Shown here one piece after another: positions 47,205 through 58,771 of a DNA stretch of 64,000 bases (position 1 is its first letter; every line of letters begins with the position of its first letter). Source of the DNA: Escherichia phage GEP001; sequence record PV173775. The stretch is one strand, 5' to 3'. Below the pieces are notes generated by a model, which searched no databases, was not told the DNA's origin, and saw only the letters and a list, made by a program, of their open reading frames with translations. Made by a program: the position numbers and the translations under genes.

Positions 47205-48070
47205 TATTGAGCCACCCCGATTTTCTGCGTAGCGATAACTTTAACTGCTGCTCTCATACCGACAGTTGAAGAACTTATAGTCGCCGTTACATAATTTTCT
47301 TTAATACTAAATGCAATATTAGCGATTTCGTCTTCTTCGGTTTCATTCCCAACCCGCATGACAGCATATTCAGAAGAAATGACCGTTGAATTAACAGTAT
47401 CTACAAGAATATTTATTTCTGCCGTTTTAATTTTTCTTCCATCTACCGATTGACAAGTAACTAGCAATTTAGCCATATTGTATTCAGTACGATGAAATAA
47501 TGGAATGTCAACTGATCCGGATGTAGAAATATTCCATGTACCTTCAGCCGGTGATTCCTTTTGGCCAAACATACTTTCAATAGAATAATTCCAAACTGAC
47601 GTAGAATTATCAGATGAAATACAACGTAAAGTAACTTTACTATATGGGCTAGTTACTACCAAATTACCTGAAACACCTTTAATTGAATCAATGGCTTGAA
47701 TTGTTAAAGGATTAGTAACTGATATCGATCCGTTAGAATTAATGAATTCAACACAGTCACCGAGTTCTCCTCTTTCAATGATAACTTTAACACCAACAGT
47801 AGAGGTATCAATATCATGCCTAGTACCAACTTTCACCGGAGTTGCGTACTCTGTGATAGAATGCTTTTGATAATATCCAGTAGCATGGATAATTTGGCCG
47901 TCAGCACCAGTACCATTTGCTACTGCCATTTTACGCTGATCGCCAAACGCGTTATAAATTGCATTAAAATCACTATTAATTTTATTACCACCGTCGAATA
48001 AGATATCACCAGTAGAAGCGTTACCAATTTCGCCGGTATCAATCAATTTCTTTGGTTCTTGAATGAACAT
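47204..48070 (-). CDS. 9: baseplate wedge, long-tail-fibre socket
   Basis: 288 aa as T4 gp9; late promoter 48095-48102. Confidence 0.9.
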   Translation of the reverse strand: MFIQEPKKLIDTGEIGNASTGDILFDGGNKINSDFNAIYNAFGDQRKMAVANGTGADGQIIHATGYYQKHSITEYATPVKVGTRHDIDTSTVGVKVIIERGELGDCVEFINSNGSISVTNPLTIQAIDSIKGVSGNLVVTSPYSKVTLRCISSDNSTSVWNYSIESMFGQKESPAEGTWNISTSGSVDIPLFHRTEYNMAKLLVTCQSVDGRKIKTAEINILVDTVNSTVISSEYAVMRVGNETEEDEIANIAFSIKENYVTATISSSTVGMRAAVKVIATQKIGVAQ

Positions 48071-48094
48071 AGCGGTTTCCTTATGAGTTTATAG

Positions 48095-48102
48095 TATTTA
48101 TA
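48095..48102 (-). promoter_or_regulatory. late promoter TATAAATA for gene 9
   Basis: TATTTATA on + strand between gene 8 terminator and gene 9 ATG. Confidence 0.6.
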
Positions 48103-48130
48103 AAGAAAAAGGGAGCCCATGGGCTCCCTT
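48101..48130 (-). terminator. terminator downstream of gene 8
   Basis: GGGAGC-CCATGG-GCTCCC hairpin; on - strand followed by TTTTTCTTT. Confidence 0.65.
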
Positions 48131-48133
48131 AAT

Positions 48134-49138
48134 TTAAAATGTAAACAGAATATTGATTTCTTCTGTTTGATCCATTGCCATAATAATAGGTGGCCTATTT
48201 TCCATATAAATCATTTCGCCCGAATGCCTCATTAAATCTTCCGGATCATAGTAATCCTTTTCAGCTTTAACGTTTGGGTCATTTGGATGAACTTTAGCTT
48301 CAAGAGGATTCGTGATTATCGATATTTGTCTAAATCCTTTATTTCCTGGCAATGCAGCTTCAGGAAAATAAACTGAATCTAAGTATGCTTTAAAACGAAT
48401 AGTATTTGCCTTAACCCGGTAAATTAATCCAAAATCATCTTGCTGCCAAGTGAGGTTATCTTCATACCCCCATCTAGTCGGGTCTTCTTTTAATTCCTCG
48501 GGCCAAGGAACCACGATATATTCATTCGTGCATCTGTTTATAGATACATCAGGCGGAATCTCAAAAAGATATTCCCATACATACCCGTCTCCAGGTTCGA
48601 TTGTTCCTTCCGCGTCTCCTCGACCTTCAGGAGGAGTCATTGACCTAACAGAAGGAGTCCATTTTCCACCTAGCTTAAGGCATTCATCCTTATTAGTTAA
48701 AGACTCAATTGAGCACATTCCAGTATCAGGAACATCTAAACAACGATATACTAACCAGCCTGCGCCTGATTCGGTAGCGTTGTAAGGAGCTGAGTTACAC
48801 ACTACAATATCGTTAATTCTAAATGTGTATGGATCCGGATATCTAGTATCTCCCCAATCTCGACGAGGAATAACTGCATCAAGCATAGATGGAAGAACCT
48901 TCACGGTTCCCATCATATGAGTCCACATGTCAGTTACACCTAACACAGAATCGGTGGGATAAGGTGGGGCAAATCCCACCTCATTTTCGTTTGATGACCA
49001 CGGTTCTGATCTTCCAAATGTAATAAAGATAGTGTTTTTATCCGGACCACTTCCAATTGAATTATAAAAATTCAACATTTTTTCTGTTCTAAATTTTGAA
49101 GTAACTATCGCACGATAGATAACACTTGAATCATTCAT
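48134..49138 (-). CDS. 8: baseplate wedge subunit
   Basis: 334 aa as T4 gp8. Confidence 0.9.
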   Translation of the reverse strand: MNDSSVIYRAIVTSKFRTEKMLNFYNSIGSGPDKNTIFITFGRSEPWSSNENEVGFAPPYPTDSVLGVTDMWTHMMGTVKVLPSMLDAVIPRRDWGDTRYPDPYTFRINDIVVCNSAPYNATESGAGWLVYRCLDVPDTGMCSIESLTNKDECLKLGGKWTPSVRSMTPPEGRGDAEGTIEPGDGYVWEYLFEIPPDVSINRCTNEYIVVPWPEELKEDPTRWGYEDNLTWQQDDFGLIYRVKANTIRFKAYLDSVYFPEAALPGNKGFRQISIITNPLEAKVHPNDPNVKAEKDYYDPEDLMRHSGEMIYMENRPPIIMAMDQTEEINILFTF

Positions 49139-52100
49139 CTATTTTAACCTGTGTTGGATTTTCATGGTCTCTTGGATTTCCTATATTATCTTTTAGACGT
49201 TTATTAACTAAATCCCTAAATTGTGCAAATGTTGTTCCAGATGCATCAAATAGAGGACTCATTAATTTACGTCGTTCAGATGGCAATTGACCTTGAAATA
49301 TTGAATTATTATTTTCAGCATTATAGTCATCAGGAAGAGGATATTCTACACCAGCCATTGGGCCAGGTTCATAAATTGCTTCGCCTGTTACTGAGTCATG
49401 CTCAATTTCACCGGTTGGAGTCAATTTGGCTACTCTATCAGCATATTCAGTAGGCAATCCAGAATCCCATTTATAGTTTTTGTATTTATTAATTATAGTC
49501 TCTGTGTGTTTAAGAGTTAAACCAACATTAATAAACATTGTTAAAAGGGTAATTGCTATAAATCCAAATCCTACTGGATGAACAAAACGAATAACGTCAG
49601 ATTTCCAGCGGGAAGAAGGTAAATTGGATTTAATTTTCATTACATAATATGATCTACTTCTATTAATATAGTCTATATTATTTTGAAGCAAATCCTTTCC
49701 TTTAACCCCGCGAATAATTTCGCCTTCGAAACTAGGGAGTCTTTCTGCTTTAACTTCTTGACCGGCAATTAATCTTCCCAAAAGATTATGAATAGTTACG
49801 GTCCATTGCAATTTACCATTAGAATAGCTTCTTTCTATATAAGTAACATTACATCTTCCTGTAGCTGTATAAATCGTTTGTCCTACTAAGTCTTCGGTTA
49901 AAGAATCAGATTGAACGATTATATCATATTCAGTACCAGCTCCAGATTCAATTTCAATTTCAACTTCTTCATTATAAAGAACTTTAAAAAGAAATTTGTA
50001 TGATGCTTCAATTCCTTTAGTAGAATAAAAATCATAGCTACGTGATTCAAAAAATCTTGCAACAGCATCACGTTTATCAGCATTTAAATAAATGTTTCTT
50101 TTATATATCTCTGACCACAAATATTCCCACGCGTGCTCTTCTCGCGGATATTGGTTACGAATTAAATTTCGTAAATTATTATACTGAGTTCCATATCCAT
50201 CAGAAAGATACTGAATATATGCTTCACAGAATGCCTCAAAATTAGAATCCTGTAGCAAATAAGAATCAGGCATCATTGTGCCAATCAATGGTCTTAAATC
50301 AGGATCAGCTAATCCATGCTCTTCTTCCGGGGACCAAGGAGTTTCACGCTCTTGGTTTTGTAAAAATGCTTTTAAAAATATTCCAGTTGGCTTCCAAATT
50401 ATTTCAACCGTGTCTCTCACTCGATAGTTAAAATCATAGTAAGAAATTATTTCACCAGAAGACTTATAAAAAAGCATCCCAGACGCGTATTTTTTAAATC
50501 CCGTGAATTTAACATTTGGCATTACTATCGTGCAATCACCATCATCCCAATATTCATGAACTAATCTATCTGGTGATGTTTCAGGAATATTTTCTATAAC
50601 TTTAGTGTATTTTAAATCAGCATAAACTACTACAGCTCTGTCAGAGTTGTTTATCCAACAACGTGTGTTAGATTTTTTAGACCAGTTAAAGAATGGTTCT
50701 GCATAGTATTTCATCGGCTGAGGCGTAAAAGTTTCCCAATCAGATTTTTCATCTGCTATAAATGCCATCATATGATAATGCTTATCAGCTAGCCATTCAC
50801 GTGGAAATTCATATTTAACAGCACCGATTAACTGATATTTCGCTGCAGTTTCAGGGTCATTAACAATGTTATCACTTAAAAATTTAAAATTACTCGAAGA
50901 CAGAGAAACTAATTTACCGTCAGTTGACATATTCGCATATCCAGGTTGAATACGTCTTCTTTCTTCTTCAGTGTTGCCAAAAACTCTTTTCCATGTTTTC
51001 GTGCCATGATTTAAAACATATATTCCTTTATCGGCAGAATCAATTATTTTTGATGTTCTAGGATTAGCATTTAATGTTTCAACTTCTCCAACAATAAGAG
51101 CAAAAACTTTATCACCAATAGAATCCATTTTATAACATACTGCTTTAGGATTTCCGGTTATAGTCATCGTATCAGGTTCAAATAGCCTTTCCGAATATGT
51201 TGGAGATAATGGGTCAGAATCTATAGGTGCATTACTCGTTTTTATGTATCTAACTTTGTCTCTGGCGACAACGTAAATGTAATCATCGGTGCAAGTAATA
51301 GCTTCTGCAATACGGTATACATTAGCTGGCAAAGTCGCGTAAGTGGCAAAAATTTCTACATCAAATCCTAGATGTAATTGGTCGCCAAGTTTAGCGAATG
51401 TTATATCCTGCGAACTAAATCTGACATCATCAGCTGACCATCTAACATCAGTAGATTTGCGGCCGTAGAAAATCTTGTCGTATCCTAGAACGTATGTTGT
51501 GTTTGCAGATTGGTAATATACAGTCTTAGATAAAGGATATCCTACGCGGTCATTGAAGAGCTTTACAGCTTTCCAGGTTTGTCCTTTATCATTAGATACT
51601 TTAACTACAGGTTGATAACGCTCAAAAAGATATAGAATCCCTTCTGATTCCATCAAATAAACTCGGTTAATATCCTTACATACTTGCTGAATAGAACCTT
51701 GTATTTCATGATACTCATTTTCACCAATAATAAAATTACTTATTGATGAAACATCAACATATGATGGGCTGAATTGAAACGATTCATTCATCAATGCAGC
51801 CATTATAGTGTCATTGTTAAAATTGACATAGTCAGAATTATTAAGAGTAAATTTTTCCTGAATGAATTTATTAGCTAATTGCATTTCAATCATGTTTTGA
51901 AATGTATAAGCGTTTGTAGCAAAAGTTTCAAACTCTTCAGTATAAATCCAATCAGACTGCTCAAAATCCTGCGCAGCTGTAGCTACTCTAATAATGTACG
52001 ATGTCAATGGATTAGCATTATCAAAAAAGAAGCTGTTATTTGCAGTATATCCTAAGTTAATCCATCGGTATTGATTGCTCGGGAGATTTTCTCCCGAGTT

Positions 52101-52229
52101 TGTTTTTGTCTCAGCGATTTCTACAAAATAGTAGAAATTAGCACCAACGTCATCCCAGCGTACTTGCACCTGATTTGCGGATAACTTGGAAATTCTGAGA
52201 CTAGTGACTGAAGGTGCTTTTACTGTCAT
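49131..52229 (-). CDS. 7: baseplate wedge initiator
   Basis: 1032 aa as T4 gp7. Confidence 0.92.
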   Translation of the reverse strand: MTVKAPSVTSLRISKLSANQVQVRWDDVGANFYYFVEIAETKTNSGENLPSNQYRWINLGYTANNSFFFDNANPLTSYIIRVATAAQDFEQSDWIYTEEFETFATNAYTFQNMIEMQLANKFIQEKFTLNNSDYVNFNNDTIMAALMNESFQFSPSYVDVSSISNFIIGENEYHEIQGSIQQVCKDINRVYLMESEGILYLFERYQPVVKVSNDKGQTWKAVKLFNDRVGYPLSKTVYYQSANTTYVLGYDKIFYGRKSTDVRWSADDVRFSSQDITFAKLGDQLHLGFDVEIFATYATLPANVYRIAEAITCTDDYIYVVARDKVRYIKTSNAPIDSDPLSPTYSERLFEPDTMTITGNPKAVCYKMDSIGDKVFALIVGEVETLNANPRTSKIIDSADKGIYVLNHGTKTWKRVFGNTEEERRRIQPGYANMSTDGKLVSLSSSNFKFLSDNIVNDPETAAKYQLIGAVKYEFPREWLADKHYHMMAFIADEKSDWETFTPQPMKYYAEPFFNWSKKSNTRCWINNSDRAVVVYADLKYTKVIENIPETSPDRLVHEYWDDGDCTIVMPNVKFTGFKKYASGMLFYKSSGEIISYYDFNYRVRDTVEIIWKPTGIFLKAFLQNQERETPWSPEEEHGLADPDLRPLIGTMMPDSYLLQDSNFEAFCEAYIQYLSDGYGTQYNNLRNLIRNQYPREEHAWEYLWSEIYKRNIYLNADKRDAVARFFESRSYDFYSTKGIEASYKFLFKVLYNEEVEIEIESGAGTEYDIIVQSDSLTEDLVGQTIYTATGRCNVTYIERSYSNGKLQWTVTIHNLLGRLIAGQEVKAERLPSFEGEIIRGVKGKDLLQNNIDYINRSRSYYVMKIKSNLPSSRWKSDVIRFVHPVGFGFIAITLLTMFINVGLTLKHTETIINKYKNYKWDSGLPTEYADRVAKLTPTGEIEHDSVTGEAIYEPGPMAGVEYPLPDDYNAENNNSIFQGQLPSERRKLMSPLFDASGTTFAQFRDLVNKRLKDNIGNPRDHENPTQVKIDE

Positions 52230-54208
52230 TGTGATATAGGCTCCAAATCGATAGTTAAGTATTGTGGGCGTAAATCATTTTCAAATACAATCAGTGAACC
52301 ATCGCGTGTGAAAATAACATCGTCTATTGGATCAGAATATAGCTCAATAGTCTGAACCTCAAATTTATCGGATGTTAAATTAATTTTAGCGATATTCCAA
52401 TAAATCATGTCAGCTGGATAATTTATTTCACCGATAACATAGTATTTGTCACGTCCATCGGAACTTGCTAATTTATTAAAATCATTGCCTGTATATGGCT
52501 GAATGTTTTCATTTTCTGTAACATCACCCGAAGCAAATGGACCAATAATAACTTTACCAATTCCTTTAGAATCTCGGTCTGTTGATACTATACGAACGTC
52601 ATATAATACATCTTCTTCTAAGCCAGTATCAGGATTTACAACCTTTCGTCCTGAATTAAATGAAAACGTATTAGATTCCATAGAACGATCTTTTATTTGA
52701 TTATTGTATTTAATACCCGCTTCAGGCGTTTTATAGAAGTTTTGTACTTCACGTACCATCTGAATTGTCGCTGATGAGCCAATAATAGAATGATCTGCAT
52801 CATCTACATATGTCAACATCTTAGATTTAGCGAAAGATGAGTTAAAAATTTCTACATCTTCGGTATAATAACGATCAATTTTATCAATTATTTGACCTTC
52901 TAGCCACTGTTCTGATTCTTGCAGCTTATTTAAAGCATATGTGACTTTTAAATTAGTCTTAACAAAAAGATAATTAGGAGAAATAATTGATGGTGTAATA
53001 GGAGCTAAATTATAATCTTTGAGATAATTTTTAATATCTTCACGTTGTACAGTAGTTAAATATAGTCCTGATTTAGGTTTAGCAGCAATAAATGCATAAC
53101 CAGGTTTAGTAGAATCAGTGAAAGTCTGAACCGCTTGAATAATAGAACCGAATCTTTCTGAAACAAATGTATCATAGTCGGTCGCAGTTACGCAGCGTTG
53201 CTGGGTTTCGCGTTTAATAGTACCCAATTCGCGAATACGCTCAATATCTTCTGGATCGCCACCGCCATCTGCCCCAACAAAATCTGGGTCATCATTTGGA
53301 TTTTCGTTAATATTGATGACAGTTATATTTGTTAATGTATCTGCGTATGAAAATCCGACTGCACCATTCGCATCTGCACCGTTAGTACTGATATACTCAA
53401 TAACAATCGTAGAGTTCTGAGTAGGTTTAAGACCTCCAATATAATTAGCGGTCAATGCTCCTTCTGCCGCGTTAACAGAAATCTCACCTTCACCAAAATA
53501 AAATTCAGTATTTCCATCAATAGTTTCACGCATGTAGTAAATTGTTGATGTAGAACCAGCATGAACCATTGACTTTCTTGTCCAGTTAATCCATTCTGCT
53601 CCATCAACGTATAGTTTAACTTGGTTTCTATCTATATTTTTGTCATAAATGATAATAGGTGTTAATTTATCATAAATGATTTCAGTTCTTACTATACGTC
53701 CTTGGGCCAATTTTAAACGTGGAAAATACTGGTTATTTTTATCACGAATAGCAATAACATCTTCGGTAGATACAAAGTTGTAAGGATTAACGGAAGTATC
53801 TTTTGCATATGCTAAAAAGCGAGTACCACGAGGAATAGTAATGTAATTTCTATTCAATGCGTCTGTGCAAGTTAGCATAATTTCAGTTTGAGCAGCTGAT
53901 TTTGAAGTAGGTAAATATCCATTATCTTGTGCCGCTTGAACTACTGAACTACGTAAGTTAGCAGTACGCATAAAGCTTTCATATACGGCAGCATTACCAA
54001 ACTGCTGAATGTATAATGTATTATAAGCTAAAAGGTCACACAGAACGTTTAATCTTGAGCCTTCAAAATCATAATCCAAAAATTCATTTTGACCATTAAG
54101 CCATTCAATGAGGTTTTGTTTTATTTCAGCAAATGTACCCCCGACGAATATCTCGGGAATAGCATTTGCTGTTCTTGTTAATTGATAATTTACAGGGGTA
54201 TTTGCCAT
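52226..54208 (-). CDS. 6: baseplate wedge subunit
   Basis: 660 aa as T4 gp6; ATGA overlap with gene 7. Confidence 0.92.
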   Translation of the reverse strand: MANTPVNYQLTRTANAIPEIFVGGTFAEIKQNLIEWLNGQNEFLDYDFEGSRLNVLCDLLAYNTLYIQQFGNAAVYESFMRTANLRSSVVQAAQDNGYLPTSKSAAQTEIMLTCTDALNRNYITIPRGTRFLAYAKDTSVNPYNFVSTEDVIAIRDKNNQYFPRLKLAQGRIVRTEIIYDKLTPIIIYDKNIDRNQVKLYVDGAEWINWTRKSMVHAGSTSTIYYMRETIDGNTEFYFGEGEISVNAAEGALTANYIGGLKPTQNSTIVIEYISTNGADANGAVGFSYADTLTNITVININENPNDDPDFVGADGGGDPEDIERIRELGTIKRETQQRCVTATDYDTFVSERFGSIIQAVQTFTDSTKPGYAFIAAKPKSGLYLTTVQREDIKNYLKDYNLAPITPSIISPNYLFVKTNLKVTYALNKLQESEQWLEGQIIDKIDRYYTEDVEIFNSSFAKSKMLTYVDDADHSIIGSSATIQMVREVQNFYKTPEAGIKYNNQIKDRSMESNTFSFNSGRKVVNPDTGLEEDVLYDVRIVSTDRDSKGIGKVIIGPFASGDVTENENIQPYTGNDFNKLASSDGRDKYYVIGEINYPADMIYWNIAKINLTSDKFEVQTIELYSDPIDDVIFTRDGSLIVFENDLRPQYLTIDLEPISQ

Positions 54209-54216
54209 TTTGAATC

Positions 54217-54510
54217 CTATTTAATGAATACTTTAGATGATGCCTGAGCCACAGTATCACCGCATGATATTGGATCAGCCATTTGAACAGCTTTCTTTCC
54301 AGTGACATATACCTTAGAAGTTCTAGGTTGTGTCACTCCGCCATGTGTTTCATATGGTTTTTTAATTTCTGTATGTTCTGTAATTGGATCACCTGCCACG
54401 AGAACAGCAATTCCTCCAGTGAATACTTTACTTTGTGTAGCATTCACAACTGTTGGAGGCCATGCTTCATGGCCAGCAGTAACACACTTATCATAACTTA
54501 ATCCTGACAT
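54217..54510 (-). CDS. 5.4: baseplate spike tip protein (PAAR-like)
   Basis: 97 aa as T4 gp5.4. Confidence 0.8.
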
Positions 54511-55065
54511 TTATTGCCTCTCATACACGTAGCTTCTTAATTTATTAGCCCAACGACTCCAATTTCCAACTATAGTTTTTGTGTAATTTTTAACAAGGGT
54601 TTTTCTTATTGGAGCTGGAGGATCGGTTGGTTCAGTAGTATCAGAAGATGACCTAGAATTACTGCCAGAACCTCCAGATTCACTTTGTTCTTGGTAGTCA
54701 TATATTAACGTTACTTCATAAGTGAATGTCTTCTGGAGGTTTTGAGGAGCTTTCCATAGATATAACTGAGTATTAGAATCAGTTGGAAGGTCTTCCCATG
54801 AAGCAGCAGTTTTAAATTCATTATCTAAACGATATTTCAATGCGTCATTTCCAAATCCAAATACAGATTCATACGTTCCATATAAACGATTTTCTTCTAC
54901 TAAAACCCCAGGAGTTTCTTCGTAACTAGTTATATTTATAGATACTAACGTTTCACCTGTTTCTAATTGAGCGGTAAAGGTGACGTCGATAGAAGAACCT
55001 TCCATGGATTCTCCTAAATCAGCGCTCATTGGAAGTATATTAGCCAATGTCAATCCTCGATCCAT
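54511..55065 (-). CDS. 5.1: hypothetical protein (T4 5.1 position)
   Basis: ORF-track start 55068 is TTG; ATG one codon in gives 184 aa. Confidence 0.65.
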
Positions 55066-56767
55066 CAATTGTGTATTGACCAGATGAAATAGAACTCATA
55101 GATGCCATTTTTTCTGTCCAATCACCACCAACATCCCAATCAACTGTTCCAGCAACTTTCCAAGAAAGATTTCCATTTACTGTATTAGTCTGGTTTCCTT
55201 CAACTAAAGTAGTAGCATCTCCTTTAACTGTAATGTCAGCATTGCCTTCAACTACAATAGTAACATTACCTTTGACTAGGATAGTTCCATTACCTTCAAC
55301 TGTCTTAGTTTCATCGCCACGGACAAATATCGTATTGCTTCCATCTATTTGGTGAAGACGATTATCCATGTTGTAATAAATTTCTGATCCACCGACGTTA
55401 GTCTTTTTATCGCCGGCTACCAAAAAATTACCGTCAGCATTTGTTATATCATACAAATTATCAACAGTTTTTCTTGTTCTTCTTCCTGATGGTGATACTT
55501 CCTCATACGTTCCAGTCGGATGAACTAATCTGTATCGCTCTTGCCCAGGGGTATCATCAAATTCCTGAATATGACCGCTTTCAGTTTCCATTGTGTGAAC
55601 ATACGGATATTCGCCTTTATATGAAGAAACAGGTTCTTTGAATAAAATTCTTGAATCATTCGGAATAGGAGGGTCAGCTGGGTCAGAAGACTTTGCTACA
55701 GTAGCAGCCATTGCAGACAAAGACCTAGCTGGCGTTTTCACTTCAATACCATATGATTCCAAATTCCCTGTAAGAATAATCATGGTAACACGGGATGCAC
55801 GGCCTTTTGTTTGTTGATACCACAACGAATCACGACCGGCTTTATATGCTTTTTCCCAATCTCCGGCTAACATAGCAGTTAACATTGTGTTAAATTTAGC
55901 TACACCGCCAACGCCCATTTGGAATGCCATATTTTCTAACGCCATTTGACGAGAACGATTAACTGCTTTCCAAACTGGGCCAACTTTAGAATGTGATTTA
56001 ATGTCACGTTGCATATCAGCCAAATCGCGTTCAAATAAAGTTACCGCTTCTTCCATTGTAATAGAACCTGGATTTCCGGTAATTTCACGACCAACTTGTT
56101 TTGATAAAACTTTATTAATTTGGGTCATATCACGAACTGGCTGCTTCATGATAAGATGACCAATACCAATTGTCGGATATCCTTCAGTATCCCAATAAAC
56201 TTTTAGTCTTAATCCTTCATCGCGGCGAAGCATTTCAGCCATTGACATATTTGGATTATCATCAGTTGGAATTTCTGATAGCGGTCTATCATCAGGATTT
56301 ATCGCAGTATCTAGATTGCTATCTTGGATAATATTAGAAGACGAATCATATCCTACTTCTCCGCCTTGGTTTAATACGTTAGTATCATTTCCTAGACGTC
56401 TAGGATACTGTCCAGTTGGGTCAGAAAAGCCTTCAAGTCTATTAGGTTTTTCACGAACTATCCCACCATACGTGCCAAGGACAATTCCGTTAGTTTTCCA
56501 TTTGTCTAAAAAATGACCATAAACTCTAGTTCCTTCTACTGGACCAGTAACGGAGCCTCCAATTCCAGACATTGCTGCAGAAGTTATCGGTTGAATAACT
56601 GACATCCATGGCAATTTATCGGTTGGAATACCCATTACATCGCCTTGTGCTCTTTGAGGCGGATGCAGACCAACCACACGAACACGAACACGACCTAATT
56701 TTAATGGGTCCATTCTATCTTCAACAACGCCAACAAACCAGTTGAGGTTATTACTTATCATTTCCAT
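55040..56767 (-). CDS. 5: baseplate hub subunit with tail lysozyme (cell-puncturing device)
   Basis: 575 aa; C-terminal beta-helix octapeptide repeats (VEGNGTILVKGNVTIVVEGNADITVKGD...). Confidence 0.95.
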   Translation of the reverse strand: MEMISNNLNWFVGVVEDRMDPLKLGRVRVRVVGLHPPQRAQGDVMGIPTDKLPWMSVIQPITSAAMSGIGGSVTGPVEGTRVYGHFLDKWKTNGIVLGTYGGIVREKPNRLEGFSDPTGQYPRRLGNDTNVLNQGGEVGYDSSSNIIQDSNLDTAINPDDRPLSEIPTDDNPNMSMAEMLRRDEGLRLKVYWDTEGYPTIGIGHLIMKQPVRDMTQINKVLSKQVGREITGNPGSITMEEAVTLFERDLADMQRDIKSHSKVGPVWKAVNRSRQMALENMAFQMGVGGVAKFNTMLTAMLAGDWEKAYKAGRDSLWYQQTKGRASRVTMIILTGNLESYGIEVKTPARSLSAMAATVAKSSDPADPPIPNDSRILFKEPVSSYKGEYPYVHTMETESGHIQEFDDTPGQERYRLVHPTGTYEEVSPSGRRTRKTVDNLYDITNADGNFLVAGDKKTNVGGSEIYYNMDNRLHQIDGSNTIFVRGDETKTVEGNGTILVKGNVTIVVEGNADITVKGDATTLVEGNQTNTVNGNLSWKVAGTVDWDVGGDWTEKMASMSSISSGQYTIDGSRIDIG

Positions 56768-57341
56768 AAGATTTCTCCATTATACGTATAAGGTCGTTCA
56801 TAAATGAATTGATGTCTGATTTTGCTATTATTTTTATTTGACGAAGTTTTTCATTTTCAAGAACAGCAGCTTCATACGTATCGACCGCAGCAAGTGCTCC
56901 TTCGTATTGAGGATATTTTCTAGCTTTATCGCCTTTATCATACCAAACATATGGATTATCATCGTATGATATTAAATTATAAAATTTTTCACCATTCTCA
57001 TTCACGTGATATACTATTTGGTCTCCACCTACATTTTTGTATTTTTGTATAGATGCTTGATAAGCAGCTTCTTGCGAAGTAATCCATCCATAATACGGAT
57101 CATAATTATCATTACACATCAATAAAACCCAATACAACTGTGGATTTCCATATATAGCATTTGCTAATTCTTCCGGGCGTGGTGAACCTTTAATATAATA
57201 AGTACGTAAGCGATATCCCGCAAGAGCACGTTTGAAATAGTCTTTATAGTTTCTAAAAATATCTGTCATAGGAATAGTCGGCGCGTTTTTATTCACCGTT
57301 TTGGCCGCATATTCAATCGGATCAAAAAATGTAAAGAGCAT
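56751..57341 (-). CDS. 53: baseplate wedge subunit
   Basis: 196 aa as T4 gp53; late promoter 57370-57377. Confidence 0.9.
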   Translation of the reverse strand: MLFTFFDPIEYAAKTVNKNAPTIPMTDIFRNYKDYFKRALAGYRLRTYYIKGSPRPEELANAIYGNPQLYWVLLMCNDNYDPYYGWITSQEAAYQASIQKYKNVGGDQIVYHVNENGEKFYNLISYDDNPYVWYDKGDKARKYPQYEGALAAVDTYEAAVLENEKLRQIKIIAKSDINSFMNDLIRIMEKSYGNDK

Positions 57342-57354
57342 GGGCCCTCCTGTT

Positions 57355-57362
57355 TATAAATA
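57355..57362 (+). promoter_or_regulatory. late promoter TATAAATA for gene 4
   Basis: exact TATAAATA 27 nt before ATG 57389. Confidence 0.6.
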
Positions 57363-57369
57363 TATTATC

Positions 57370-57377
57370 TATTTATA
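57370..57377 (-). promoter_or_regulatory. late promoter TATAAATA for gene 53
   Basis: TATTTATA on + strand; divergent partner of the gene 4 promoter. Confidence 0.6.
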
Positions 57378-57388
57378 AGGAGAATCCA

Positions 57389-57841
57389 ATGGCATATTCT
57401 GGAAAATGGGTTCCTAAAAATATATCAAAATATAGAGGTGACCCTAAAAAAATTACGTATAGATCAAATTGGGAAAAATTCTTTTTTGAATGGTTAGATA
57501 AAAATCCAGAAATTATTGCATGGGGTAGTGAAACAGCAGTAATTCCTTATTTTTGTAATGCAGAAGGGAAAAAACGTAGATACTTCATGGATATTTGGAT
57601 GAAAGATTCTTCTGGACAAGAATTTTTTATTGAAATAAAGCCTAAAAAAGAAACACAACCACCAGTTAAACCAGCACATCTAACAACTGCAGCGAAGAAA
57701 AGATTTATGAATGAAATTTATACATATTCCGTTAATACTGACAAATGGAAAGCAGCTCAAGCTTTAGCTGAAAAGCGTGGAATAAAATTTAGAATTTTAA
57801 CAGAAGATGGATTACGAGCTCTTGGCTTTAAGGGGGCATAA
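57389..57841 (+). CDS. 4: head completion protein
   Basis: 150 aa as T4 gp4; late promoter 57355-57362. Confidence 0.88.
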   Translation: MAYSGKWVPKNISKYRGDPKKITYRSNWEKFFFEWLDKNPEIIAWGSETAVIPYFCNAEGKKRRYFMDIWMKDSSGQEFFIEIKPKKETQPPVKPAHLTTAAKKRFMNEIYTYSVNTDKWKAAQALAEKRGIKFRILTEDGLRALGFKGA

Positions 57842-58665
57842 TGGCTATTTTTCAAATAATTAATGAAAGCACTCCCCAAGTTCCAAAGGTTAAGCAATCA
57901 TTAAACGAAAAGAAATGGATTCAGATAGGTCTTGAATACAGAAAGGCCAAAGCAAAAGGAATGACAGGAAAGCAATTTGCTGAAGAAAGAGGAATCAAAT
58001 ACTCTACGTTTACTTCGGCAATGTCAAAATATGCTTCAGGAATTAAAACGGCTGAAAAGATTCAAAAGCTTGAATCAAAACCAATGAATAAACTCAATAA
58101 GCAAGAAAGACAACTGCTTATGATAAATTCATTCAGGCAAACGTTGCGTGATAAAATTCGTAATGAAGGTGCAGCAATTAATAATAAAACCAGAAAGTGG
58201 TTTGCTGAAACTATTAAGCAAGTAAAAGGACATAAAGTTGTTCGCCCGCAGCCGGGACGAATATATGCTTTTGCTTATGATGCTAAACACAAGGAAACTC
58301 TTCCTTATTGGGATAAATTTCCTTTGATAATTTACCTTGGTTTAGGTAAACACAATTTAATGTACGGATTGAACTTGCACTATATTCCACCTAAAGCTCG
58401 TCAGCAATTTCTAGAAGAGCTTTTAAAGCAATATGCAAATACGCCTACTATTACTAATAAAACGAAATTAAAAATTGATTGGAGTCAAGTGAAAGGATTT
58501 AGGGGTGCAGACCAAATGATTAAGGCATATATACCTGGTAATATCATGGGTAGTCTTGTTGAAATCGCCCCGAAAGACTGGGCGAACGTTGTGTTGATGC
58601 CACTTCAGCAGTTCGTTTCAAAAGGAAAACGTTTCTCTGCAAACAAAGTCTGGTCAAATATCTAA
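57841..58665 (+). CDS. 2: DNA end protector protein
   Basis: 274 aa as T4 gp2. Confidence 0.9.
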   Translation: MAIFQIINESTPQVPKVKQSLNEKKWIQIGLEYRKAKAKGMTGKQFAEERGIKYSTFTSAMSKYASGIKTAEKIQKLESKPMNKLNKQERQLLMINSFRQTLRDKIRNEGAAINNKTRKWFAETIKQVKGHKVVRPQPGRIYAFAYDAKHKETLPYWDKFPLIIYLGLGKHNLMYGLNLHYIPPKARQQFLEELLKQYANTPTITNKTKLKIDWSQVKGFRGADQMIKAYIPGNIMGSLVEIAPKDWANVVLMPLQQFVSKGKRFSANKVWSNI

Positions 58666-58771
58666 TTCTATTATCTTCCATTCTTTTCTATTGTTTGTTC
58701 TAATTGGAATTGAATGGAAGGGACTTAGACCCATTATACCACCAACATTTATAAAGCATTATGAGGAATAT